Positions 40,448 to 52,710 of a DNA stretch of 55,204 nucleotides are shown piece after piece. The notes under the pieces are model-generated. The model was not told the origin of the DNA and did no database searches. It saw only the letters and a program-made list of their open reading frames with translations. Within the stretch, counting starts at the first letter, position 1. Every line of letters begins with the position of its first letter. A program made the position numbers and the translations under genes. The DNA comes from Spirogloea muscicola (Eukaryota): the NCBI GenBank assembly GCA_009602725.1, contig WELB01000006.1, forward strand, positions 1,012,140 to 1,067,343, given 5' to 3'.

Positions 40448-42363
40448 GGCGGCGGCAGCGGCGGCGGCTGGCGACCCGGCGCTGGCCCCCGGGGTGCAGC
40501 GGCGGCTGCGGGGGCGGGCGGCCATGAACAACGTGACGATCAAGCGCGACGCCTCGTTTGGCATCTGGGTCTTCTCCCTCTACAACGTCCTCCTCAAGGC
40601 GAGCGCCAGTCCTGCCCGCAGCCCATGCCGGCAGCCCAGGCAGCCCCGCATCGCTCCTGCAACACGAGAAGATGGGCTGCTGATCGTAGAATCTATACAG
40701 AAAGACACGCAACATGTTGGCAAACATAGCAAGCTTAGGGATGATAGAGAAGACCGCAGTGACAAAAGTAGGGGAAGTTCCAAGTTGGCGCTCCCTGCAC
40801 GACTCTGGGCGTTCTCTGAGTGCGCTCGTCGAGCTATTGCTCCGCCGTCGAGAGGCCTTCTGGCGAAGCGCAGCAGCCCGCGGCTGACTGATGCTCGCCC
40901 ACTTGCTCGCGTGCCTTCCCTCCCCGGCCAGATGTCGTTCCCATCGTTCGTACTGTGCATCATGCTCGGCCCGCTGGCGCTCAGCGTCCTCTTCACCGGC
41001 CTCTACCTCCTCGACCTCGACGGCCTCCAAATCCCCTCCGATGACTCGCCCGCCTGGCAGGGCCCGCTCGTACGCACCACCGTCTTCAAGGTCTTTGTGT
41101 TCGCCTTCTCGCTAGCTACCATGTACGGTGGCTCGCCTGCGCACCCGCGCTCCCCTTACGTGCTCGCGCTCGCCAACCTCAACACGCTCGCCAGCAACCT
41201 CCTCTTTGTCTTCATCAGCGGCGCCGGTGCGTCTGCCCTGCTGGTTCCCGGCCCTCATGATGCCAGCAGCAGGTTTCCGGCCACCCCATTTTCAGTCAAT
41301 GCATCTGCTTCCACAATCAGGCTCTATGGATAGCTACTTGTCCTCCTGGCCTTGCATAGCATCTGAGAATTTCCCGTCTGCCCAAAAGGCTTGCCTTGGG
41401 CAGGGGCTCATGGCCTCGGGACTGACAGTGGTAGCAGCCGGCGTTGGGCCAGTGTTCCAGCGGCTGTCGCAACCCAGCTCGCCCGTGCAGTGGTCCAAGC
41501 ACCTGCTCATCACGGACGACCTCATCGGTGAAGCCTCAGCAAGGAACCCCGGCAAGGAGAACCGTCGCTACAAGTGAGTCCCGGGCGCTGCTGGCCTTCA
41601 CGACGCCTCCTCCCTTCACGGTCTACTTTGCTTCCCCGCTATTGTGCAAAATCAAGGCTCACGCTGACTGCTGCAGCGGTATGCACACTGCCAGGCTCGT
41701 GGTAGGGAGGCTAATGCTTCTGGGCACGGGGGCAGCGCTCATCGATGTCAAGTTCGACCTCGTCATGCGTTGCACCAAGATCACGCGCAATTCGACATTT
41801 GTGCACACCTACCGCCTGCCGCTCGTGCGGTCAGAGATGTCTCAGCTCAAATATGGCATGGTGATGCGCCATGTGATCAACGAGGACAGCCCCCTTTGGA
41901 ACCAGTGCTCTTACGACGTAAGCAAAGCGGAACCCAATTGGTGGTGCGCTATGCACTTAATGAAACCCGGGTCCCGCTTGGCTACGACACAACAAAGCAG
42001 TGCCTGACAGATCCTCTATCATTGTCTGTCGCTACACAGGACCTGGTGCAGGACGATACCAATTTCACCATCACGCTGTCAGGGGTTGAGAGGACATCAA
42101 TGCAACAGATTTTCGACTCACGGGTGTACACGGTGTACGATCGCGACGTCCTTTGGGACCGTCAGTTTGCTGACATCGTCAAGATTGACGCGAAGGGTCA
42201 GTACGTTATGTACCAGAATCGGCTCAACCTGCTCGAACCTCCGCCAAATGCGGTGGACGCCACCGAGGATGCGGCTGGGGAGGAGGATGCGCGGCCTGGT
42301 CAAGGCAATTCGCCACCTGCGTCAGGCCTGCTCAGGCAGCGGACTGTGTCAGTCAAACAATAG
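40448..42363 (+). CDS. Inward-rectifier potassium channel (Kir/KirBac/IRK family), 5 visible exons; start probably in the gap
   Basis: Slide helix SLYNVLLK/MSF, TM1, pore FVFAFSLATMYGG..HP, TM2 ending FISGAVFQRLSQP..VQWSKHLLI, RHVINEDSPLW, ITLSGVERTSMQQI, VLWDRQFADIV. Confidence 0.85.
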
Positions 42364-43395
42364 TGCCAGCCTTTTGGCTGCACATTTTCATGTCACGATC
42401 TGCCAACCACAGCAATTACCAGCTGAGTTGTAGGGCAGAAGCCCAGGATGACAGCTGTGCTATTTGCTTAGGTTCTGAGGTTAGGTTCTCTATAGAATTT
42501 GGTTCTCAAGGTGCACAATCTTGGAGAGCTCGAGCTGTTGTGGCTCGGAGACCACAGCTTGGCCGCTTCTTTAACGTGCCTCAGTATACCTGGCGGTGTT
42601 GCTGCCTTGCAGCTATGGCTACTGCATCAATCTACATTATATTGATGTTACATTGTTATACATTATTATACATGGTCTTACAGTTTATGGTTGTGCAGGT
42701 TTTAGCCAACTTTGGCAGTTCTGCTCCCAGTCAGGCCCTCAGCCCGTCCGTCACTTCACCTTCAGCCCCTGTCCTGCCACTTACGAACGAATTTCCATCG
42801 TCTACACGCGAGTTACTGCAATCGTCTACTCATAGCTTCTCAAAGTATGATCTCGTCTTCCGTGGGTCCAAAGGTGCCCCTCCCTCGGCCTGGCCCATGA
42901 CCAACACATCAAACTTCTGCAAACCCACATGCTAAGCGAAATGATGTAACTCACACATGCATAGAGGGATCATCACAGCAATGGCAATCTGCAGAGTGCA
43001 CCTCCATGCTGAAAGTCGAGGTCTCGATGTCAGCTCGGCCAAAACTCTAGCAATTGTACAGTGGGGAGAGTACAACAAAAATGCCTGTGTGTTGCTGCCA
43101 CAAGGTGCAGTCAAGCAGACATGCAGCCGCAACTGCTGATTGTGCTGTTCATGGCGGGAGTGTCAAAAGGCTCGCCGCGGGCTGTACATGCATTCTCAAG
43201 CAAGCTAGTGGGCTTCTCAAAGCGGCATTCTGCGGCGAGATGCCTGGCTGTGAAGGTGGCCCACGCCTCCGTGGGGCCACTCCTCATCACTGTCATGCAT
43301 GCTTGTGCAGTGAAGATGGTGCCTCGAGCCAAGGATGTGAGACATTTCCGAGCCATGCATCTTGGGAAGAGGGCGCCTGTACTCGACCCTGCTTC

Positions 43396-44353
43396 TCAGA
43401 ATACCTCCCCAGTGAGCTGTGCACTGCGGCTGGTGAGTGGCACGTAGCGCACGCCGGCGGCGACCGAGTTTCTGAGCGAGCCGTCGGGCAGCTTGTCGAT
43501 CACGCGCAGCTCCTGGCTGGCCGTGCCGACGGGCACGACCAGGCGGCCGCCAACGGCGAGCTGGTCCACGAGAGCAGGCGGGATGCTCTCCGCGGCCGCG
43601 CCGACGTGGATGGCATCGTAGGGCGCGCAGGCCGCCCAGCCCTCGCGCCCGTCGGCGCAGTGCAGCTCCAGCGCGCCCTTCTCCAGCAGCGGCGCCGCGG
43701 CGCTGCGGCCCACGCTCGCCCGCGCCGATTCGACGAGCTCTGATTACCACGGCCAGAACGACTCCCCGATCGAGGTCAGAGCTGACGTGCGGAGGTCCCG
43801 AAGCAGGACCAGGCATGCACGCGTACGTACTGCGGGTCCACTTGAGCGCCTCAACTGGCATGTGAGCCGTGCTGGAGGTGCCATGAGATAGCCCAAGTGT
43901 GTGGCGTCAGCAGGGGCGCAGGAATTGGAGTGTGTACTGAGCGATGGAGGGCCTGGGTGGCGAAAAGCAAAGCAGGGGTGGTGGGGGCGAGAGGGGGTCT
44001 GAACCGGGGATATGCTCCACGCCGATGGTCTTGCCGGCGTCGCCGACCATGGTGGCGAAGCAGGCGGCGAGGTAGCCGCTGCCGGCGCCGACGTCCAGGG
44101 CGCGCGCGCCAGGCCTCGCGAGGTGGTCCTCCAGCAGCTCCAGGCAAAGCGCGTGCATGTGCGGCGCGGAGATGGTGGCGTTGAACCCGATGGGCTGCGG
44201 GCTGTCGGCGTATGCGGGGCACGACGGCGGCACGAACAGGCCGCGGTCCACGGCCGCCATGACCGCCGCGGCGCGGCGCGACGACAGCACGCCCAGCCGC
44301 GCCAGCTGCTGCACCAGCTCGCCGTTGCTGCGCCCGCTGGCCAGCCACGCCAT
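43396..44353 (-). CDS. PIMT: Protein-L-isoaspartate O-methyltransferase, 2 exons
   Basis: MAWLASGRSNGELV, AVDRGLF, YADSPQPIGFNATISAPHMHA, ALDVGAGSGYL, GVEHIP/ELV, DGREGW..APYDAIHVGAAA, QLAVGGRLVVPVG, VRYVPLTS. Confidence 0.95.
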
Positions 44354-45213
44354 GGCGCCCCCCGGCGGCGCCGGCCCGCGGCGCCNNNNNNNNNNNNNNN
44401 NNNNNNNNNNNNNNNNNNNNNNNNNNNNNNNNNNNNNNNNNNNNNNNNNNNNNNNNNNNNNNNNNNNNNNNNNNNNNNNNNNNNNNNNNNNNNNNNNNNN
44501 NNNNNNNNNNNNNNNNNNNNNNNNNNNNNNNNNNNNNNNNNNNNNNNNNNNNNNNNNNNNNNNNNNNNNNNNNNNNNNNNNNNNNNNNNNNNNNNNNNNN
44601 NNNNNNNNNNNNNNNNNNNNNNNNNNNNNNNNNNNNNNNNNNNNNNNNNNNNNNNNNNNNNNNNNNNNNNNNNNNNNNNNNNNNNNNNNNNNNNNNNNNN
44701 NNNNNNNNNNNNNNNNNNNNNNNNNNNNNNNNNNNNNNNNNNNNNNNNNNNNNNNNNNNNNNNNNNNNNNNNNNNNNNNNNNNNNNNNNNNNNNNNNNNN
44801 NNNNNNNNNNNNNNNNNNNNNNNNNNNNNNNNTCCCCTCCCCCCCTCCTCCTGCAGGCCGCGCCGCCGCCTCCGCGCCAGCCTCCACCCCCTCCCTCCTC
44901 CCTCTGCTGCTCCTACTGCTGCCACTGCTGCTGCTGCCGCTGCCGCTGCTGCTGCTGCTGCTGGTGCCGCTGCCAAAGCCTGTCCGACCCATTGTCTCGC
45001 CGTGGCCGGCGCCCAACTATCGGCCGCGCGGCGGGCACCACCGCCTCCTGCTGCTGCTGCTCCTGCTTCTGCCGCTGCCGCCGCTGCTGCTGCTGCTGCT
45101 GTGCTGCGACCTGTCCGACGACCCACTTGCGCGCCGCGGGTGGCGCCCACCTGTCTGTGTTGCGGCGAGCCTCCGCTTTCGCCCGCCCGCAGCTTGCGCC
45201 CGCTCCTGCCGCC

Positions 45214-46645
45214 ATGAACGTGCCAACGCTGGAGCAGGCCAAGTCGGCGTGGGCCGCCTTCCTGCAGGCCGAGCGCGTCAAGGTGCTGGGCGACGAGCCC
45301 GCGATGGAGGCCATCGCCAAGCTGGGCAAGAAGCGGTGCACGTTCAAGACCAAGAGCTTTGCGCTGGCCAGCGTCGCCGCCATCAGCGGCCTGCACGCGA
45401 TCGCGCCCCAGTCCCACGGAGACGCGGACTGGTTTGGCGGCCTCGTGGACCCCGCAGCCGGGGTGCTGGGCATCGGGCTGACGGACGAGGAGAGCCGGCA
45501 GTCGCTGAAGAAGTATTTGCACGAGCAGATCTCCAACGTCCAGTACAAGATCCCGCTCTTCATCTTCAAGCTCATCGTGGGCGAGATCACGTTCAAGAAG
45601 CACCGGCCCAGCAAGAAGCAGCGCCTCTCCGTCAACCTCAATGTGCCGCTCAGCCCCGAGCAGGCCGGGCATGCGGCCATCAACCACGCCGCTGAGGAGT
45701 TTGCCGAAGGTGCACAAGGTCTCTCAGCTGCCACTTTCTGTCTCTAGCTGGCGCTGTGGCAGCAGCGCAGACAAGGAAGCATGAGCGTGCATGTCTCGTT
45801 GCTGCTTGTGAGCTCTGCACCTACCAAAGAGAACTCATGCCCACTCTTATGCTTTGTCGACCGCAGATAATGTGCCATTGGCCAACCGAGATCACAGCGG
45901 CGTGTGGCGTCAGCCTCAGCCTACCTCGCATGGGCAGGGCGATCCTGGTCAGTCCCTGGCCACCCACTGCCTCTACCCTGTCAGGAGCTGCTCGACCTAG
46001 AGCTCAGGCTGATGAGCTTCACGTTGATGAGGCCCCTAGCTAGGCTTCGATGCCACTGACTCTCGCTGCCGGGTTTGGCCCTTGCCAGGGTCATCAAGCA
46101 TACACGCATCCGGTCAGGAGCTTGACGACGAAATCGAGGTGGACTCGGAAGGCAGCTACGAGGACGAGAGCGTCGAGGTCCCGCAGTGCAGCTGCTGCAT
46201 GGGCCTGCCTGCGCAGGGCCTCGGCTTCCGCCAGTGTGGCACCTGCGGCTGCGTGCGGCAGGCCGCCGTGGCTGTCAAGTGCCGAAGCTGTGGGCACACC
46301 ATGACAAGGAGGAGCAGGGACTGGGTTCCGCCCCCTGTTGACCCCAGCGAGATATTCCCGTTGCTCGACTCAGCAACATACGTGCAACGGAAGGACCTCA
46401 TCTGCCAGTCCGCGTGGAAGCTCGTGCGGCAGTCGCGTGGCAACGTGCAGTGCGCCGTCTTCATGTTGAGCAGGAGCACCGGCAAGCGGACGGGGCGCAA
46501 GAAGGAGGCTTACTTCTCCTATGGAGCTGGTTCAGCAGCCTTCCGTTTCAGCAAGAGCGAGCAGGCACGCACCATTTTTGTGTCGCTCTTCAACACTGCC
46601 GACAAGGAGGAGCCTGCTGAGACCTCCATGAAGCTGGCTGCATGA
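45214..46645 (+). CDS. Uncharacterised 3-exon protein with basic NLS-like patch, acidic linker, Cys-rich zinc ribbon and possible degenerate MADS-like C-terminal domain
   Basis: gccATG start and strong GC3 bias. Exons 45214-45709, about 45868-45947 and about 46089-46645 join in phase 1 at GT-AG sites. CSCC, CGTC and CRSC motifs are present. Confidence 0.7.
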
Positions 46646-47299
46646 GAGCCCTCCAATGACTGTGCGCTTGGCCGCCGCACAAATCTTTGCCATAGCATGG
46701 GTTGGCTACAACTTCCAGTTCCACCCTCGCACACGTGCTTTGTGTCGTCGTACTTTCCTGACGAAGATGCCAGTAGGACTCACATGGATCACCCTCAAAG
46801 ATTCATGTATGGTGAAGCACAGGTTGTCACTTCCCTCCTAGTGTCAGGAGCATCAGGACACGGTGACAAAGTAGCTCCGAGGCTTCAAACAAGCAGGGGC
46901 CAGTGACTACAGCAGATTGCATGCTGCGTGCATCGATCTGCAGCCTCACTTTGACATTGATCCGCTGTCACACTTTTACGGCTCGTGGATAGCCTCCTAT
47001 GTTTCAGATTTTGATTGTGGGCAGATATATTGGCGAGTTGGGGCGACCATGCACTGGAGGTGGTCAGCCACAAAGACTGCCCAGCGCCCTCGGATGCCGG
47101 ACAAGAATCAAAATGCCATTAGAGTCACATGGACTTTCTGGCTTCTTGATCACGACACACCAATGGTTGGGCGAAGTAAAGCTCTGCAGTTAGTGATGCG
47201 GACTTAGTAGAGTTGCATACGAGTGGATGAGATATGCTGTTGTGTGGACTGCTCAGCAATGAAACAAGCAGAGCTGATGCCAAGCACTCTTCCACATGA

Positions 47300-47640
47300 G
47301 CTCTTCCTAAAGGGGCCAGGGGCTGTTTACAACCAGCCCAGAATAAACGGAAAAGGTCCAAAGGGCCAGGAAACCGCCAAAACCACACAGCTATGAAAGA
47401 CACCACAGCGAATGAAGCTCAGTAGGCTAAGTCGGCAGCCGCGAGTCAGAGTACCTCGCAGCTGGAACAGAGGCACCCCGACGAGACGCAGCCTACCATC
47501 AAGATGTAGAAGACAGACGCTCGCAGGAGAGGGCAGTGGCTGTGAGAGGCCAGCTCTGAAGCCAGCTCCTGTTGCGGACTGACACTGGGATGGCCCAATC
47601 ACAGCCAGCGCCCTCTACTAGAAGAGTGCTTCTGGACCGA
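47300..47640 (-). mobile_element. Decayed retroelement 3'-end fragments
   Basis: Hairpin motifs at about 47319-47339 and 47538-47556; the reverse strand at 47420-47470 resembles the YSDLxLLTxxY* terminus. Confidence 0.6.
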
Positions 47641-47974
47641 CAACAACCAAGGCTCCCGACCGTCGCCGCCAGCCCGTTGCGCGCGACCAGCTCTCGAGGC
47701 GCGCCGGCGTGCGGCCAGCCGAGCTCGCACGGCCGCTCGGGCTGCCCCTCTCCCGCGCCGCATTGGTGATCGCTTGCGGCGCGTCGATCAGCGCAGCCAC
47801 CGCCATTGCCATACCCCATGCACCGGCGCGCCGAAGCTCGCGCCAGCAGCGCGGCGCGGCCGCCGCGACGGCTCGGCTGCCGGCCGCCTTTGGTCTTGGC
47901 TCGGTGAGGCGCGCAAGGCCCTTCGAGCTCGGTGCCATTGGTGGGGACGGGAGGTCCTCGCCGGGCCGGCAGCC

Positions 47975-50900
47975 ATGGGCGTCGTGTCCAGCATCGCCTT
48001 CGGCTTCCTCGCCGGCTTCTGCTCCGTCGCCGCGCTCCGCGTCGTGCAGCGCCGGCGGTCGCGCGAGCGCCGCCAGAAGGTCAGCGAGCTCGCGTAGCGC
48101 AGGCAAAGCCAGCTCTTGGCAGCCGCTGTGGCTCCTCACGCCTGCGCCGGAGGCGCTGAGGAGCCCCCGCATGGCGCCCTCGGGGCGCAGCGCAGGCGGC
48201 GGACCTGGCGGCGCTGGGGCGCGCCACGCCGGAGGACCTGCGCAAGCTCTTCCCCGAGGGCCTCTTCCCGTCCTGGGTCTCCTTCCCCGAGTACGAGCAC
48301 GTACGGACGCTGGCTGCTCGAGCCACAGGCCCTCTCTCATCAAAGCTATATGTAACTGTGGAGTAAATTGAATTTGTCATCTCACTGCTTACATTGCTGT
48401 TTTGGGATTTTCATTGCTTAAATGCGCTCCCTCCTTGCGCCCGTCTGCAAGACTTCGTATAGCTGCTGCACAGCCACGTAAACCAGCTCTGGGGTTCGCA
48501 GCTCGGATTCATGAAGCCATGGCTGGCCTGCTCCTGGCAGGTCCATTGGCTCAACACAGAGCTGCGGGAGTTGTGGCCGTACCTTAACAAGGTGAGATCG
48601 ACGGCAAGGCCCTCGCTAGCTCGGGAGCAGGACCTGTGAGGTTCTTCGGACAGTGTCGTCCTCCTCAATGTTCCCAATCACCTGCAGTTCTTGACCCTTT
48701 GTTGTGCAGTGCTACTGCACATGTAGGCCTTTTAAGCAGCTTCTTACCTCAATGAAAAAAATCAGCTCTTTCTGCTACATGACAATGAATAAAATCAGCT
48801 CTTTTTGCTACATGACAGGCAATCTCAGCAGTCATTCGTGCATCCGTTGAGCCGGTGCTGGAGCACTACAGGCCGCCTGTCTTTGCCTCCCTGAAGTTCC
48901 AGAAGCTCACCTTAGGGACTGTCGCACCCTTTGTCGGAGGTAGGACTTACTATCTTCGGAGAGCCAATGCAGGAGCGGTTGCTGGGGAGCGCCCTGTACT
49001 TGTCTCGTCTGGCATTGCACACGACAATGTTAAGTGGTAGCATGGAGCATAGAGGATTAGCTGCCAGTACAAACTGCAGTGGCTGACTTGACTGGCTCCA
49101 TTGTGCAGGCGTAAAGATGCTGCCATGCGGTGATGACGAGGTCGTGATGCAGATCCCGTTCAAGTGGATTGGCAACCCTTCATGCATCCTTGCTGTGCAG
49201 ACGATCGTGGGTGTTTCTCTTCCTGTTCAGGTAGCACCTGACCTTTGGCCATCCATAGCTCAGTCGGAGGCTATTGACAATGTTGCATTTCTCCAGTTGT
49301 AAAAAAATCTCAGGGTTGAGGTATTTCACTTCAGTGCTACACATTGCTACTTGTTAGCAGGTCCTGAGTGACTTGACTACCTGTCCGAGCACACCGTGTT
49401 GAAACAAGCGGCTCGGAGGAGACAGCTAGCTGCTTTAGCTTGCAGAAGGCTGCATGTGCAGGTAAAGGACGTAGCTTTTCATGGTGTGTTCAGGATTGCC
49501 CTCAAGCCGCTCATGCCGCAGCTCCCCTGCTTCGGAGCCATGGTGCTGTCCCTGCACGACAAAGTGAGTGTACATCTAGAGCAACACTCACTGTATTACA
49601 AAGTATCTGCGCATTGTCCCTGCGAAAAAAGCTCAAACTTGGAACTGCATGCACTTGCTAGTGAAGTTGAAAGTGCAAACTGCCAACTTGATGGGCTATG
49701 GGCTTCTTGAGGTGCCATTCAAGTCTGACGCCTTTGTGAGTGGATCTCAGCCAAGTCTGGACTTCACCTTGAAGGTCGTCGGCGGCGATATTAAGGCCCT
49801 TCCTGGCATCTCAAGCACCATAGATGTGAGCTTTGACGCTCGCCACAGCCCAACTGACTTACTTTGCTTCTGCAGACAAAGCAAGTGGTATCGTCCCACT
49901 TAGCTTGCATGGGCACTTCATGGCATCTTCTAGGGTTGCAAGGGCTGTGAGTCAGACTCTCATGTCATGATTTGTGGCAAGAGTGAACCACCTATTTGCC
50001 ATCTCTTGACAGCACATAGCCAGAGGGGTAGTACAGTAAGCTAGATACACATTGTCTGTCATCTTATTGGACTCCAATTCCAAATCTTGTCTTGCAGGGC
50101 CTCATTCGAACAGCTGTTACCGACTCCCTCCTCTACCCTGCACGTATCGTTATCCCACTCATTCCTGGAGACTACAAGTAAGCCTGCTGGTGCATGCCAT
50201 GCCACTCAACAGGCGAAATAAGGCCATGTACATCACAAATCATACTTATCATCTGCTCTCTCACGGGCTCGTGTGACGTCATTCGTTCAGGGACTTGGAA
50301 CTGCGGGCAGTCGGACAGCTTGAGGTGAAGATTGTTGCAGCCAAGAGTCTGCTCAACAAGGATCTTATTGGCAAATCTGATCCGTTTGTTATACTCTATG
50401 TCCGGCCCATTCCAAGCCGCATGTGCCGAACATCCGTGCAGGTGGGGTGTCATCCAGGGTTCCAGCTCAGTCTTTGTGTCCTTGGACCAATATTGAGTAG
50501 CCTCAAATTGCAATGTTCTTGTTTGAGGTGCGAGCATGTGAATAGTCCTCTGAATATTAGACTGCAAGTGCTGGCGACGTCCAAGAGCGCCAGAAGTGCA
50601 GGACAGGCCTACAATAATCTGCAAGGAAAGCTTACAAGAATAACTTTTATATGTATGGCTGCAATGTCATACTCAAGCCATTGAAGGGATAAAAGTCAAG
50701 TGCGACAGGCGTGACAAATCTGACATACTTGAAGGTGTGGACATGCAGAAGAACAACCTGAATCCGATCTGGAATGAGAGCTTCTCACTTGTGGTGGAGG
50801 ACAAGTCCGCCCAGAACCTGGTGATAACAGTCATGGACGATGATGGAGTTGGCCAATCGGAGTTCCTCGGGATGGCACGGCTGGCCTTGGATGACTTGCA

Positions 50901-51840
50901 ACCCTGTGCTCCAGTGGATACGTGGCTGCCACTGCACAAGGACTCACCTCCGTCTGGGTCCGATGATGAGGAGCGTGGTTCCATTCACATTGAGATCTTG
51001 TACAGGACGCTTGACGAGGATGGCCGGCCAGTTGGGTCTGTGCCAGGGGCCCCGCCCTCCTCGGCGGGTACCGTGCTGGAGCGGGAGATGGGCATTGCAA
51101 GAAGGCCCACAGTCTCGCAGGAGATACCCTACTTGAGGGGTGTCCTGGTTGTGACGGTCATCCGCGGCGAAGAATTAGTCGTGCGGGACCTGAATGGCAC
51201 CTCGGACCCTTTTGTGCAACTGCAAATGAAGAACGGGGGCCCCAAGAAGAAAACCAAGGTTGCCTGCCTAGGCTCTACCTACGCTTGCACCTTACTGTGG
51301 TTGGGAAGGCCGCCTCAGTAGCAACTGAACACCAACTCGACCTCCTTCTGCAGATGGTGCCAAAGACCTTGAACCCCGAATGGAATCAGACCATCGAGTT
51401 CCTCGTGGAGGATGCCACACATGACATGCTGGTGGCCGAGGTCTGGGACCATGACATATTTTTCAAGGTACAAGGAAGTCTGCAGTTCCGGCTTCTACAC
51501 TTTTGTTCATTGCTGTTTCTAAGTGCATGCATCACTGATATTTCATATCTGGTCTCGGGAAGGTCCACTTGCTCGCTAATCACAGTATCACGCTTGCAGC
51601 TGTGCAGGCTTTTGGCAGCTTTTGCACGGTCAAACTAGTGATGAAGGCATATACTGCAATCTGTTGCGCTTCCACTTGAGACATGGCCACGTGCTCGTTC
51701 TTGTGCAGGACTTCATGGGAAGAGCGGTTTTCACGCTCACGAAGCTGCTGCAGGTGGGGGAGTACGAGGAGACGTTCACTCTCACAGATGTTCCATGTGG
51801 CAGGCTCATCCTACGGCTGAGGTGGAAGCCCTTGCAGTGA
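47975..51840 (+). CDS. SYT5: Plant synaptotagmin (TM + SMP + 2 C2), SYT4/SYT5-like, about 12 exons
   Basis: N-terminal TM, FPSWVSFPEYE, WLNTELRELWPYLN, LKFQKLTLGTVAP, WIGNPS, LPCFGA, LLNKDLIGKSDPFV, NNLNPIWNESF, RDLNGTSDPFV, KTLNPEWNQT, EVWDHD..DFMGR. The SYT4 versus SYT5 call is not resolved. Confidence 0.88.
48751..48817. repeat. About 33-bp tandem duplication at the 3' end of an intron
   Basis: aatgaaaaaaatcagctctttctgctacatgac followed by aatgaataaaatcagctctttttgctacatgac. Confidence 0.9.
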
Positions 51841-52710
51841 GATGGCCACAACGGGCCATGGCCGGCAGGCCATCGTTGTGTGCCATCCCCTGCTCTGCCT
51901 TAGTCATTTGACCTCAGCATTTCCTTGCTACGAGCTAGCACGCGCTTAGACCTAGAACCAGTGTAGTTCTGAGGAGGCATTTTTGCCTCGCATCACTTAT
52001 TTGTAGGCTAATTTGCCATTGATATGCTCAGCAGGCACGATTTATCTTACATCATACCTGTGTGACTGGCTAGTCTCACACTTCACACCTGTAGAGGTGT
52101 CCATTGGGCTTGGCTCCCCCTAGCTGAATGACATTCATTGTGTTGCACGACCTGGTGTGCTCAAGTGCTCACCCTCTCTTTCTCAGTGCTGCACCAGCTG
52201 ACCATCTCGTACTACAGATTACATGTACGTGAGCAACGAAGCAGCAGCACTGATGTGGACTTGGCGTCAGATTGAGCACTCGTAAGGAAAAGGTATGACG
52301 GACCTCGACCAGGTCAGTTGTCAATGTTGTTGTCAAAGCAAGACCAATGTACAGACGCTCTACCTCGTCAGCAAGAGGAGATCGCATCAGATTGGAATCT
52401 CACATCAAGGATTTAGGATGACCTTCAGAATGTCCTAGCTAAGACTCTTTATGACAAAGCAATATTGCAGCAGGACCCGATAGGCCTGCCACAGCTGCAA
52501 AATATAAAGGGCAAAGGCGGATTACGGCAAGCTGAGACGACCCAGGAAGAAGGCAACTAACAAGTAGTGGGCGGTAATGGAGCTCAATCCCTGGCTGGCT
52601 CAAAGGCAGCGCTACCAGGCTGCTGCCGCCAGCAGCATGACCATCCGTGTGGACGACCACAGCACAGCTGACCCCACAGTCTCACACACCCATGGCCGGC
52701 TGAATACCAA

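Noticed and set aside
43744..45734. Long antisense and overlapping ORFs here and in other GC-rich areas
   Set aside because: Shadow ORFs arising from high GC3, trinucleotide runs and N-gaps.
46005..46045. Hammerhead ribozyme core (CTGATGAG)
   Set aside because: No properly placed GAAA or supporting stems were seen.
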